Assembly (NCBI GenBank): GCA_016218485.1
Contig: JACRDY010000059.1
Coordinates: 11,529-75,528, forward strand
Reading direction: 5' to 3'
Source of the DNA: Candidatus Falkowbacteria bacterium
GTDB lineage: Bacteria; Patescibacteriota; Patescibacteriia; JACRDY01
Length of the DNA: 64,000 nt
The notes under the pieces were generated by a model that saw nothing but the letters and a program-made list of their open reading frames with translations, did not search any database and had not been told where the DNA came from. The first letter of the stretch is position 1; every line of letters begins with the position of its first letter. Positions 9,509 through 18,585 of this stretch are shown here, one piece after another. The position numbers and the translations under genes are program-made.

Positions 9509-9671
9509 ATACTCACAGTATAAGAATAATTATTAAAAAATATCTAAACTCTTGATTTTTCCCTTTATAATTTGCAACTTTATAACTTTATAACTTTCAA
9601 CTTTATAACTTTTTTAACTAAAAAACCCCGTGGGCATATCCCACGAGCTTTTTTAAATTTTCAATCCGGAG

Positions 9672-10355
9672 TTAAACCGCCAGCTTGATACTCGGGCCCA
9701 TAGAGGTGCAGAGTACGGCATGTTTGAGGTAGGTGCCTTTAGACGATGAGGGTTTGGCTTTACGTACCGCTTCTAGGAAGGTTTCGGCATTATCCAGCAG
9801 TTTGTCTTGGCCAAAGGAGATTTTGCCGATCAGCTGATGGATGTTGCCGGTATTGTCGCTCTTGAAGGTGATTTTACCTTTTTTTAATTCTGAAATTATT
9901 TTAGCGACGTTCGGGCCGACAGTTTCGTTTTTCGGCGACGGCATCAGGCCGCGAGTGCCAAGGATTTTGGCGATGACGGCGATCTTCGGCATCATGGCCG
10001 GAGTGGCTACCGCCACTGCAAAATCAGTTTTCTCGGTTTTTTTGATTTCATTGATCAGGTCTTCGCCGCCGACCAGGTCAGCGCCGGCTTCCCGCGCGTC
10101 CTTTTCCTTATCAGCTTCCACAAAGGCAGCCACCCGTTTGCTCTTGCCCGTGCCGTGCGGCAGGGTAATGGTGGAGCGGATTTGCTGGTCGCTCTTTTTG
10201 GTATCAATGCCGAGCCGCAGGTGGATTTCCACGCCGGCGTCAAATTTTTCAGTCTTATGGCTGATAATCAGATTCAGCGCTTCGGCCAGGCTGTAGACTT
10301 GGCTGCGGTTAATTTTGGTAGCTAGTTCGTTGTAACGTTTGCCGTGTTTTGGCAT
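9672..10355 (-). CDS. rplA: 50S ribosomal protein L1
   Basis: 227 aa; L1 family throughout. Confidence 0.93.
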   Translation of the reverse strand: MPKHGKRYNELATKINRSQVYSLAEALNLIISHKTEKFDAGVEIHLRLGIDTKKSDQQIRSTITLPHGTGKSKRVAAFVEADKEKDAREAGADLVGGEDLINEIKKTEKTDFAVAVATPAMMPKIAVIAKILGTRGLMPSPKNETVGPNVAKIISELKKGKITFKSDNTGNIHQLIGKISFGQDKLLDNAETFLEAVRKAKPSSSKGTYLKHAVLCTSMGPSIKLAV

Positions 10356-10420
10356 AGGTATTTCGTTCAGTGGTGCGTGCGTCCGCCGCGGCGGACTCCC
10401 ACGGTTAGTTAGTTGTCAGT
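10356..10420 (-). promoter_or_regulatory. rplA 5' leader with conserved structured element (GUGGGAGUCCGCCGCGGCGGACGCACGCACCAC)
   Basis: ~45 nt identical to the rplK leader; contains the 16-bp palindrome gtccgccgcggcggac. Confidence 0.5.
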
Positions 10421-10490
10421 TAGAAAGTTGAAAGTTATAAAGTTAAAAGTACAAAACTTTCAACTTTATAACTTTATAATTTTAAACTTT
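10420..10490. repeat. agttataaagtt-family palindrome between rplK and rplA (terminator-like)
   Basis: Inverted repeat read directly. Confidence 0.6.
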
Positions 10491-10911
10491 ATTCCACCAT
10501 AATCCCCATCTGTCGGGCCGTGCCTTCAATAATGCGCATGGCGGCATTGATGTCATGAGCGTTGAGATCAACCATTTTTTTCTCGGCGATCTCTCTCACT
10601 TGAGCGCGGGTGACTTGGCCGACTTTTTCTTGCAGCGGTTTGCCTGAACCTTTGGCTACACCCGCGGCTTTTTTTAAGAGTTCAGCGGCCGGCGGAGTTT
10701 TGAGAATAAAGGTGTAGGTGCGATCCTCGTAGATGGTGATTTCACAGGGAGTAATGTCACCCGGCATTTGCTTGGTGGCTTCATTAAATTTACTGCAGAA
10801 TTCACTGATGTTCACGCCATGCTGGCCGAGCGCCGGGCCGACCGGCGGCGCCGGGTTGGCTTGCGCGCCCGGGATCTGCAGCTTGACGATTGTTTTGATT
10901 TTCTTAGCCAT
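10489..10911 (-). CDS. rplK: 50S ribosomal protein L11
   Basis: 140 aa; [35 protein letters not shown]. Confidence 0.95.
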   Translation of the reverse strand: MAKKIKTIVKLQIPGAQANPAPPVGPALGQHGVNISEFCSKFNEATKQMPGDITPCEITIYEDRTYTFILKTPPAAELLKKAAGVAKGSGKPLQEKVGQVTRAQVREIAEKKMVDLNAHDINAAMRIIEGTARQMGIMVE

Positions 10912-10975
10912 ATACGTTTCGTTAAGTGGTGCGTGCGTCCGCCGCGGCGGACTCCCACGGTTGTTAGTTAAAAGT
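10912..10975 (-). promoter_or_regulatory. rplK 5' leader carrying the same structured element as the rplA leader
   Basis: gtgcgtgcgtccgccgcggcggactcccacgg on the + strand, identical to 10370-10410. Confidence 0.5.
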
Positions 10976-11041
10976 TAGAAAGTTGAAAGTTATAAAGTTG
11001 AAAGTTTTGTACTTTTAACTTTATAACTTTCAACTTGTAAC

Positions 11042-11587
11042 TCAGATTTTTTTTACTTGCAGGAAATCCAGCTCCACCGGTGTCTCGCGGCCGAACATAG
11101 AGACGAGCGCCTTGATCTTGCCGCGGGTTTCATCAATCTCGGAAATTTTTCCTTCAAAGTTTTTGAACGGGCCGTCCACGATGCGGATGGGCTGGCCGAT
11201 AGAGAGGTCAATGGTGTAGGTTGGCTCTTCCACGCCCTTGCGTTTCATGATAGCTTCCACTTCTTTTTTGGACATGGGCGTCGGCACCGTGCCGGAGCTG
11301 GTGAAGCCGGTGACGTTGGGGGTATTGCGCACCACGTACCAGGAATCATCAGTGACGGTCATTTCCACCATGATGTAGCCGGGGAAGATTTTTTCCTCAA
11401 TGACTTTCCGTTTACCATTTTTGATTTTGATCTTTCGCTCAGTCGGAATAACCACGTTAAAAATTTTGTCGTCCATACCCATGGAGACAATTCTGGACTT
11501 GAGGTCTTCCACCACTTTTTCCTCATAGCCGGAGTAGGTGTGAATGACGTACCAGCGGCGGCCGAGCTGTAGTGTTTGTTTTGGCAT
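11042..11587 (-). CDS. nusG: transcription termination/antitermination factor NusG
   Basis: 181 aa; NGN domain plus KOW (GQPIRIVDGPFKNFEGKISEID). Confidence 0.92.
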   Translation of the reverse strand: MPKQTLQLGRRWYVIHTYSGYEEKVVEDLKSRIVSMGMDDKIFNVVIPTERKIKIKNGKRKVIEEKIFPGYIMVEMTVTDDSWYVVRNTPNVTGFTSSGTVPTPMSKKEVEAIMKRKGVEEPTYTIDLSIGQPIRIVDGPFKNFEGKISEIDETRGKIKALVSMFGRETPVELDFLQVKKI

Positions 11588-11589
11588 AG

Positions 11590-11640
11590 TGGAGTAGTCC
11601 CTAGTCCTTAGTCCTTAGTCCTTAGTCCTTAGTCCTTAGC
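11590..11640. repeat. Tandem heptamer array (tccttag)x6-7; in the nusG mRNA it reads (CUAAGGA)n just 5' of the start codon
   Basis: Read directly; overlaps the secE stop codon; the same heptamer in opposite orientation lies before pilT at 13226-13262. Confidence 0.85.
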
Positions 11641-11642
11641 TC

Positions 11643-11831
11643 TTAGCGGTTGATGAGGTATTCAAAGCCAAAGGAAAAGATATAGTCTAGGAGACCCAAA
11701 AAGGCGGCCAACACCAGGCTGATGCCGATCACCAGCGCGGTGTGTTTGGTCGTTTCTTTTTTGGTCGGCCAAGTGACTTTTTTGAGTTCCACCTTGGATT
11801 CTTTGAAATATTCCACGATTTTGTTGGCCAT
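11643..11831 (-). CDS. secE: preprotein translocase subunit SecE
   Basis: 62 aa; single C-terminal TM; conserved secE-nusG-rplK-rplA context. Confidence 0.85.
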   Translation of the reverse strand: MANKIVEYFKESKVELKKVTWPTKKETTKHTALVIGISLVLAAFLGLLDYIFSFGFEYLINR

Positions 11832-11845
11832 AGTGTTTAAAATAA

Positions 11846-11947
11846 ATCCAGCACCTTCCAGAATACCCCATCAGCTTGCTGTGGGGGTGAATGGCTGAGA
11901 GAGTATGCCTGCAGTGTGTACTACCCCGACAGGAAGGTGCTGGATTT
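11846..11947. repeat. atccagcaccttccagaatacccc...ggaaggtgctggat palindromic repeat (long form with a gaatggctgagagagtat extension)
   Basis: Copies at 28771-28831, 31128-31245 and 51177-51237; partial at 4885-4935. Confidence 0.8.
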
Positions 11948-12131
11948 TAAAACCGCCCGGAGGCGGTATATTCAGTTTCTGTAGGTATTATAGGGGAAAA
12001 TACTGCGGCAGTCAAGGGGATAAGTTTTTGGGATAAGTTTTTGTACAGATAAGTTTTTGTGGTTGACATAAATAATATATTATGATAAAACAAGAAAGGT
12101 TTCCACCCCCATGACAATAAGGAGGCGGGTC

Positions 12132-12710
12132 ATGAAATTCACTCTTACGGAGCTGTTGTGTATCTTGCTGCTGATCGGTCTGGGAGCGTTCTATATGTGG
12201 GGGAACTTTGCCAAATTTGAGGATCAGGGGTTGGCTCAGGATAGCAAGGCGGCCAGCGCTGCGGCGACTACGGACACTCCAGTACAGGTCTGGCTGGCCT
12301 CGGATACGCCCCGGGACACGGTTACCTATGGCTGGCAGCGTCTGGCCATGTGGCAACTGCAGAATCACGCCCAGACCGATGTACGTCTGCAATCAGTGAC
12401 AGTACGGATCAAGAGCTCACACTCTGAGGATTTTGTCCGGATGGGGGTGGTATTCAACGGTGGTAATACCATTGACGATTGGGGGCCGTTCAGTTCGGAT
12501 ACAACAATCATGAACATGACACTCCCACCTGATGATGGGTACTTGACGCCAGAAGTATCTCGTCAACTGGAGCTGTTCGCGGAGATACAGCCAGTGGCGC
12601 TGTTTGATCCGGGTTGGTATGCCCAGGCGAGTCTCATCGGTCTGCAGACGGATCCGCCGGGTGCAGTCAGCGGACTGCCAGTGGATGGGTTCACCCTCCA
12701 CTTACAATAA
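12132..12710 (+). CDS. pilin-like protein (type IV pilin-like N-terminal helix; non-canonical prepilin site)
   Basis: aaggagg RBS then MKFTLTELLCILLLIGL (FTLxE with Glu5 but no Gly at -1); next to pilT; the ORF could also begin at 12111. Confidence 0.5.
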   Translation: MKFTLTELLCILLLIGLGAFYMWGNFAKFEDQGLAQDSKAASAAATTDTPVQVWLASDTPRDTVTYGWQRLAMWQLQNHAQTDVRLQSVTVRIKSSHSEDFVRMGVVFNGGNTIDDWGPFSSDTTIMNMTLPPDDGYLTPEVSRQLELFAEIQPVALFDPGWYAQASLIGLQTDPPGAVSGLPVDGFTLHLQ

Positions 12711-12789
12711 GCACATGATGAATCGGGAATCCCGCTCGGCGGGAGGCCCGATTTTCTTTTTTGCGTTGGAGTTGTTACCTCATTAATGA

Positions 12790-13200
12790 TAGAAGTAGGG
12801 AGGTTACTAATACGTTCCTCTCCTTACCAAGGAGAGGGCAGGTGAGGTTGCCGGAGCCTTCGGTCCCTACCCAAGGGGTGCTCGACGGTCTCCTCCTCTT
12901 ACAAGGTTCGCCGCAGGCAACCGAAGTAAGGGGAGGGACAGGGTGGGGTTAAGTTTACTGTATCGCAAAAAGTTTAAAGTATTTCGCATTGATTAGACTG
13001 CAAACCCCCTCCTGTCCTCCCCCTTATGAATAAGGGGGAGAGACGTGCTACCCCCGAACCCCACGTTACTTATTCTGTTTTCTTTTTGAATTTTATCTAG
13101 CTCTGACGGGGTAGGCAACATAGGAGGGTAATAGCCCGTCCTCCTCCTTACCAAGGAGAGGAACGCTCTAGCCTCGGCTCCACTGGACTTATTCTGTTTT
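12790..13200. repeat. GC-rich mosaic repeat cluster
   Basis: Contains ctctccttaccaaggagag twice, ggttgccggagccttcggtc, aaggggagggacagggtgggg, cctcctgtcctcccc and cttattctgttttc twice. Confidence 0.75.
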
Positions 13201-13225
13201 CTTTTCTTTCAAAATTTGGTAAAAT

Positions 13226-13262
13226 ACTAATAACTAAGGACTAAGGACTAAGGACTAAGGAC
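13226..13262. repeat. Tandem heptamer array (ctaagga)x5 immediately 5' of the pilT start; equals five tandem AAGGA Shine-Dalgarno cores
   Basis: Read directly; the last AAGGA lies 5 nt before the ATG. Confidence 0.85.
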
Positions 13263-13273
13263 TAAGGACTATT

Positions 13274-14323
13274 ATGGATATCAACCAATTTTTCTCGACC
13301 GCCATTACCAAGGGCGCTTCAGACGTTCACCTGGTGGCCGGGCACAAACCGACTGTCAGAATTTTTGGCAAGCTGCAGGAAATAGACGCTAGCGCGAGCG
13401 CGCTGGATAACGCGGAATTAACCAAGGGTATTTTTGGTCTCTTAACCAAAGAGCAGGTGGGGCGGTTTGAGCGCGAGTGGGAGCTGGACTTCGCCTACCA
13501 GGTGGATCACACCCGCTTCCGCGTCAACCTGCACTACCAGCTGGAGCAGATCGGCCTGGCCGCGCGTCTGGTGCCCAAAGATATCCCCACGCCGGCCGAG
13601 ATTAACCTGGAGCCGGTGCTCTACGAGCTGACGCACCTCAACCAGGGGTTCATCCTCGTCACCGGACCGACCGGCAGCGGTAAATCCACCACCATTGCCA
13701 GCATGCTCAATATTATCAATACCGAGCGGCGGTCGCACATCATTACCCTGGAAGATCCGATTGAGTTCATTTACCCCAAGCAGCAGAGTATCGTGGAGCA
13801 GCGCGAAGTCGGCCGCGACACCAAAACTTTCCACGCCGGGCTGAAGTATGTCCTGCGCCAGGATCCTAACGTCATCCTGATTGGCGAAATGCGCGACCCG
13901 GAGACCATCGCCGCCGCCCTGACCGCGGCCGAGACCGGGCACTTGGTTTTTTCCACCCTGCACACCAATTCGGCGGCCGAGACCGTGGAGCGGATCATTG
14001 ATTCGTTTGACTCCGAGCGGCAGCGCCAGATCCTGATCCAGCTTGGTTCGGCTTTGAAGGCGGTCGTGACGCAGCAGCTGGTGCCGACCGTGGAAGACAA
14101 GGTGACGGTGGCGCGGGAAATTATGATCAATACGCCCGCCATCGCCAACCTCATCAGGCAGAATAAGATCGCCCAGATTCCCTCGGTCATCCAGACCGGC
14201 CGTAATGATGGCATGATGACGATGAGCGCGGCGCTCAAAAATCTCTACAACAACGGACTGATTTCCGCCGATGTCTACCAGCACCGGCTGGTGAGCAGTG
14301 AGAAGGTGGGAAGTTACTTTTAG
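13274..14323 (+). CDS. pilT: type IV pilus retraction ATPase PilT
   Basis: 349 aa; GFILVTGPTGSGKSTT Walker A plus Asp box and His box of the PilT/PilU family. Confidence 0.9.
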   Translation: MDINQFFSTAITKGASDVHLVAGHKPTVRIFGKLQEIDASASALDNAELTKGIFGLLTKEQVGRFEREWELDFAYQVDHTRFRVNLHYQLEQIGLAARLVPKDIPTPAEINLEPVLYELTHLNQGFILVTGPTGSGKSTTIASMLNIINTERRSHIITLEDPIEFIYPKQQSIVEQREVGRDTKTFHAGLKYVLRQDPNVILIGEMRDPETIAAALTAAETGHLVFSTLHTNSAAETVERIIDSFDSERQRQILIQLGSALKAVVTQQLVPTVEDKVTVAREIMINTPAIANLIRQNKIAQIPSVIQTGRNDGMMTMSAALKNLYNNGLISADVYQHRLVSSEKVGSYF

Positions 14324-14324
14324 T

Positions 14325-14450
14325 TGAAAGTTCAAAGTTCAAAATCCAAATGACAAATCAATGCCAAATGACAAAGTTCAAAAGGTGCGACTATTAGGCA
14401 TTTAAACTTTGAACTTGATTTGAACTTTTGATTTTGAACTTTGAACTTAA
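14325..14450. repeat. AT-rich gttcaaagt palindromic repeat
   Basis: Near-identical to 6418-6560 and 45398-45525. Confidence 0.75.
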
Positions 14451-14453
14451 TCT

Positions 14454-14789
14454 ATGTCTCCAGAACGCTGGCAAACAATTAAAGGCCAAGTCAAGGATAA
14501 CCCGGCGCTGAAGGTGCTGGAAGAGGACGCGGGCGAGTTTGATGACATGCCCGGCAGTTTTGAGTCATTGGTGTTCATGGGGCCGATGGGTAAAATTAAG
14601 CTGGAGTTCATCACCCGGCCGGTCGTCTTGGACAAGAAAACCAATACCTCGCGCCGGATTGGCGCCGAGGCGAGCGTGGAGTATATTTATTCTGAAGATG
14701 AATTTAGCCACAAATTGACCGTCTACCAGTGGAATGAGGCCACGGATGATTGGGATGAGCTGAAAAGCAGTATGTTTGGGGGAGAATAA
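14454..14789 (+). CDS. hypothetical small acidic protein
   Basis: 111-aa ORF; no family recognised. Confidence 0.4.
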   Translation: MSPERWQTIKGQVKDNPALKVLEEDAGEFDDMPGSFESLVFMGPMGKIKLEFITRPVVLDKKTNTSRRIGAEASVEYIYSEDEFSHKLTVYQWNEATDDWDELKSSMFGGE

Positions 14790-14898
14790 ATTAATTACGA
14801 ATTACGAATTAAGAATTGTAGATTTTATTGCTGGTTGGGGGCGGGTAGACGCGGTACGTCGCTTTTTTTGTTACCCAAAGTTTGCTAAAATAAGACCA

Positions 14899-16668
14899 AT
14901 GCAGAGACACTTCACCACTCGCAAGCCCGACTACTCGCTGCACTCTTGGCGTGTGCGGTTTTTGTGGTGGGTGATCGTGGTCTTGACCGCCATTGTGATC
15001 GTTCGGCTATTCTGGCTGCAGGTAGTGCGCCATAGTGACTATCAGAATTTGGCGGCGCTGCAGCATGATATTTACCAGGAAGTATTGCCGGACCGGGGCA
15101 TTATCTATACGCAAAACACGCGGCTGGCTGAAGGCGCGGAAAATAAGTACTTTCCGGTGGCCAATAACCAGCGGTTTTATCTTATCTACGGCCAAACCTT
15201 TGCCGTCGAGGACGCGGGCAAGACCGCCGAGCAGCTGAATGCTGTTTTGGATTTGCCGCCGGACGTGCTGGCGCGCATTATTGAACAGCTGTCCAAACCC
15301 AATGATCCCTACGAGCCGTTGGTACATCGGGTGACGGAAGATAAGATCGCGGCCTTGTCCGCGCTGGCGCTGCCCGGCATCAAGTGGGAAGAGGAAACAC
15401 TGCGCTATTATCCGGACAAAAATATCGGCAGCAATATTCTCGGTTTTGTCGGCTGGGTCAATGATACGCTCGTCGGTCAGTACGGCCTGGAAGGCTATTT
15501 CAATAAAGAGTTGAGCGGAGAAAAGGGGTTTTTGCGCTCCGAGCGCGATGCTACCGGCCGGCTGATCGGCGTCGGCGAGCAGAACTTTAAAGAGGCGCTC
15601 AACGGCACTGACCTGTATCTGACTATTGATAATTCCATTCAAGCTTTTGCCTGTCAGACGTTGGGCGACGCCGTCACCAAGTACGACGCCGATGGCGGCG
15701 CGGTCATCGTGACCAATCCGCGCACCGGCGCAGTTCTCGCTCTGTGCAATAACCCCGACTACGATCCTAATGACTACAGCGCGGTGGAGAATATCCGCTC
15801 CTACACCATTCCGGCGATCTTTGACGCCTATGAGCCGGGCAGTGTTTTTAAGCCGCTGACACTGGCGGCGGCGCTGGAAGAGGGGAAAATCACCCCCGAG
15901 ACCACTTACGAAGATACCGGCGAGGTCAAGATTGACGGTTACAGTATCAAGAATTCTGACCTTAAAGGCCACGGCATGGTTAGCATGGTGGATGTGCTCA
16001 AACTGTCGCTCAACACCGGCGCCATCTTCGGCATGCGCCAAATCGGGCCGGCCAAGTTCGCCGACTACGTGCGCAATTTCGGTTTCGGCGAGCTGACCGG
16101 TATTCAGCTGGATAGCGAGGCGGCCGGGAACATTACCCCGCTCAAGAAGAATAAAGAAATCTACGCCGCCACCGCCTCGTTCGGTCAGGGCATCACGGTG
16201 ACGCCGCTGCAGATGGTCAATGCCTACGCGGCGATTGCCAACGGCGGTACGTTAATGAAACCGTACATCGTGGAACGAACTGTTGACGCGCTGGGCAGTG
16301 AATACCGCGCCGTGCCACAGGAGATCCGCCGGGTCGTCAGTGAGCGCACTGCCACTTTGATCTCTGGCATGATGGTGCAGGTGGTGGAGGCCGGCTACGG
16401 TCAGCGCGCCAAAGTGCCCGGCTACTACATCGCCGGCAAGACCGGTACGGCGCAGGTGGCTGAACCCGGCAGTGGCGTCTACGGCAGCCGGACTATGCAC
16501 ACCTTTGTCGGCTTTGGGCCGGTCAGCGATCCGCAGTTCGTCATGCTGGTGCGCTTGGATCACCCCACCGCCGCGCGCTTTGCCGAGAGTACCGCCACGC
16601 CCGCCTGGGGGCAGATCGCCAAGTTTATTCTCAACTACTACCAGATTCGGCCGGATGAGGTTAAGTAA
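14899..16668 (+). CDS. penicillin-binding protein 2 / peptidoglycan D,D-transpeptidase (FtsI family)
   Basis: TM segment FLWWVIVVLTAIVIV; SxxK (GSVFKP), SLN and KTG(T) motifs; start at the ATG at 14899 is inferred. Confidence 0.85.
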   Translation: MQRHFTTRKPDYSLHSWRVRFLWWVIVVLTAIVIVRLFWLQVVRHSDYQNLAALQHDIYQEVLPDRGIIYTQNTRLAEGAENKYFPVANNQRFYLIYGQTFAVEDAGKTAEQLNAVLDLPPDVLARIIEQLSKPNDPYEPLVHRVTEDKIAALSALALPGIKWEEETLRYYPDKNIGSNILGFVGWVNDTLVGQYGLEGYFNKELSGEKGFLRSERDATGRLIGVGEQNFKEALNGTDLYLTIDNSIQAFACQTLGDAVTKYDADGGAVIVTNPRTGAVLALCNNPDYDPNDYSAVENIRSYTIPAIFDAYEPGSVFKPLTLAAALEEGKITPETTYEDTGEVKIDGYSIKNSDLKGHGMVSMVDVLKLSLNTGAIFGMRQIGPAKFADYVRNFGFGELTGIQLDSEAAGNITPLKKNKEIYAATASFGQGITVTPLQMVNAYAAIANGGTLMKPYIVERTVDALGSEYRAVPQEIRRVVSERTATLISGMMVQVVEAGYGQRAKVPGYYIAGKTGTAQVAEPGSGVYGSRTMHTFVGFGPVSDPQFVMLVRLDHPTAARFAESTATPAWGQIAKFILNYYQIRPDEVK

Positions 16669-16669
16669 A

Positions 16670-16810
16670 TTGTTACATTGCTACATTGCCAAATTGCCAA
16701 ATGGTCATTCTGTTATATTGCTATATGGTTATACTGTTAAATACCCCACCAAACAATATAACAGTATAGCAATGTGACAATTTAGCAATTTGGCAATGGA
16801 GCAATGTATT
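16670..16810. repeat. Palindromic repeat built from attgcca/attgcta heptamers
   Basis: ttgctacattgccaaattgccaaatgg...ccatttggcaat-like arms; related copy at 32650-32740. Confidence 0.65.
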
Positions 16811-16871
16811 TTCCCATCTGTCCCGCCCATCTTGATTTTTCCTCATTCATCTGCTACACTGCCCAAACTCT

Positions 16872-18173
16872 ATGCGCGCTGTTATCGCCAAAATTCTCCG
16901 TTTCTTTGCTCGGAATGTATTGCAGAAATACCAGCCGGACGTTGTTGGCGTGACCGGCAGTATTGGTAAGACGTCCGCCAAGGAAGCCATCTTCACCGTC
17001 CTGTCCAGCGAGTTCCGCGTGCGCAAGACCGAGAAGAATTACAATAACGAGCTGGGCCTGCCTCTGACTGTCCTCGGTCTGGAAACCGGCGGGCGCAACC
17101 CCTTCTCTTGGCTGATGGTCATGGTGCGCGCCGCCAAGCTGTGGCTGCTGCGCTCCGTGAATTATCCGGAGATTTTGATCCTGGAAATGGGGGCGGATCG
17201 GCCCGGCGACATCAAGTACCTGACCGATTTCGTTCCCTGCACTGTCGGAGTGGTGACGGGCGTGGCGCCGGTGCACATTGAATTTTTCCAGCACCTTGAA
17301 CATATCGCCAAGGAAAAGAACACCCTGGTCAAAAGTTTGGGCAGAGAGGGCACGGCCGTGCTCAATGCCGATGATGAGCTGGTGCGGGCCATGGCCGAGG
17401 GGCTGAAAGCCAAAGTCATCACCTATGGCTTTTCCGAGCACGCCAGTCTGCGCGCCTACGAAGAGCGGGTGTCTGGTCAAGACCTGTCGCTCAAAGATGG
17501 CGTGGAGGCTATCCGGGGTTTGAGTTTCAAAGTGTCATACGGCGGCAGCACCGTGCCGGTATTCCTGCCGTCCGTGGTGGGGCGCCATTCGGTCAACGCC
17601 GCGCTGGCCGCCATTGCCGTGGGTGTGGCGTGTGGCATCAACCTGGTGCGTATTTCCGAAAATCTCAAACAGTATCGTCCGCCCAAGGGCAGAATGAACC
17701 TGATTGACGGCATCAAATACACGCTGATCATTGACGACACCTACAATTCTTCGCCGATTCCGGCGCTGGCCGCGCTGGATGTGCTCCACGAGATACAGCT
17801 GCCCACGGGTCGGCACAAGTTCGCGGTCCTTGGCGATATGCTGGAACTGGGCGGCTACACCGAGAAAGCGCATCTGGAAGTGGGGCGCAAAGTGGCCGAG
17901 CTCCGCATTGATTACCTGGTGACGGTTGGCGAGAAGTCGCAGAGTACCGCCAACGCCGCGCGCGGCGCCGGTATGTCGCCGGATCGCATCTACTCATTTG
18001 ACAATTCCCGGGAAGCTGGTAAATTCCTGCAGGATCGGGTGGAGCAGGGCGATTTGATCTTAGTTAAAGGTTCGCAGGGTATGCGGATGGAGCGGATCGT
18101 CAAAGAGCTGATGGCCGAACCATTGCGCGCCGCTGAACTGCTGTGCCGGCAGGAAGGGAAGTGGTTGCAATAA
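16872..18173 (+). CDS. murF: UDP-N-acetylmuramoyl-tripeptide--D-alanyl-D-alanine ligase
   Basis: 433 aa; GVTGSIGKTS Mur ligase P-loop; MurF-like domain order. Confidence 0.88.
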   Translation: MRAVIAKILRFFARNVLQKYQPDVVGVTGSIGKTSAKEAIFTVLSSEFRVRKTEKNYNNELGLPLTVLGLETGGRNPFSWLMVMVRAAKLWLLRSVNYPEILILEMGADRPGDIKYLTDFVPCTVGVVTGVAPVHIEFFQHLEHIAKEKNTLVKSLGREGTAVLNADDELVRAMAEGLKAKVITYGFSEHASLRAYEERVSGQDLSLKDGVEAIRGLSFKVSYGGSTVPVFLPSVVGRHSVNAALAAIAVGVACGINLVRISENLKQYRPPKGRMNLIDGIKYTLIIDDTYNSSPIPALAALDVLHEIQLPTGRHKFAVLGDMLELGGYTEKAHLEVGRKVAELRIDYLVTVGEKSQSTANAARGAGMSPDRIYSFDNSREAGKFLQDRVEQGDLILVKGSQGMRMERIVKELMAEPLRAAELLCRQEGKWLQ

Positions 18174-18352
18174 TTACGAATTACGAATTACGAATGAGTG
18201 ATTTTTAATTCGTAATTATTAACAGGAGTTACGCACTTCTAAAATTTTCAGCTAATTTTAGAGTAACAATAAAAATTATTAACAGCTAATTTTAGCCAAT
18301 TTTTATTAAAAGTGCGTAACTCCTGTTATTAATTCGTAATTCGTAATTAAAC
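18172..18352. repeat. attacga heptamer repeats plus a ~28-bp-arm inverted repeat (taattattaacaggagttacgcactt ... aagtgcgtaactcctgttattaatt) just upstream of tRNA-Glu
   Basis: Read directly. Confidence 0.7.
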
Positions 18353-18359
18353 TTGGCCC

Positions 18360-18434
18360 CATCGTCTAACGGTTAGGACATCAGGTTTTCAACCTGGTAA
18401 CCCGGGTTCGACTCCCGGTGGGGTCACCAACCGA
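18360..18434 (+). tRNA. tRNA-Glu (anticodon UUC), CCA encoded
   Basis: Cloverleaf folded by hand: acceptor GGCCCCA/TGGGGTC; D-arm TCGTCTAACGGTTAGGAC; anticodon loop TTTTCAA; T-arm CCGGGTTCGACTCCCGG. Confidence 0.85.
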
Positions 18435-18585
18435 TGAGCTGTTCGAGAGATGTTATAGGGTGACCTATAGCGGAGACCCGAACCTGTCCGCCGAAGTCCG
18501 CCGCGGCGGACGTAGGTGGATGGATTGAATATTTGGCTCGAAAGGGCAAACCAAGAAATCGCCGAAGGGCGGTTTTTTGATATAG
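18435..18585 (+). ncRNA. candidate small RNA or structured tRNA trailer ending in an intrinsic terminator (cgccgaagggcggtttttt)
   Basis: ~150 nt non-coding; contains a third copy of the gtccgccgcggcggac palindrome; terminator at ~18558-18580; not matched to any known RNA family. Confidence 0.2.

Noticed and set aside
13442-14335. 297-aa and 155-aa antisense ORFs inside pilT; 344-aa antisense ORF in the PBP gene; 269-aa and other ORFs antisense to typA; many antisense ORFs in purL and uvrA
   Set aside because: The sense strands encode well-conserved proteins. The antisense ORFs are low-complexity (Gly/Arg/Ala-rich), typical of GC-rich antisense frames.
14776-14898. Upstream extension of the PBP2 ORF to 14776
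   Set aside because: The extension overlaps the previous gene's stop and an attacga heptamer array. The conserved N-terminal TM begins right after the ATG at 14899.
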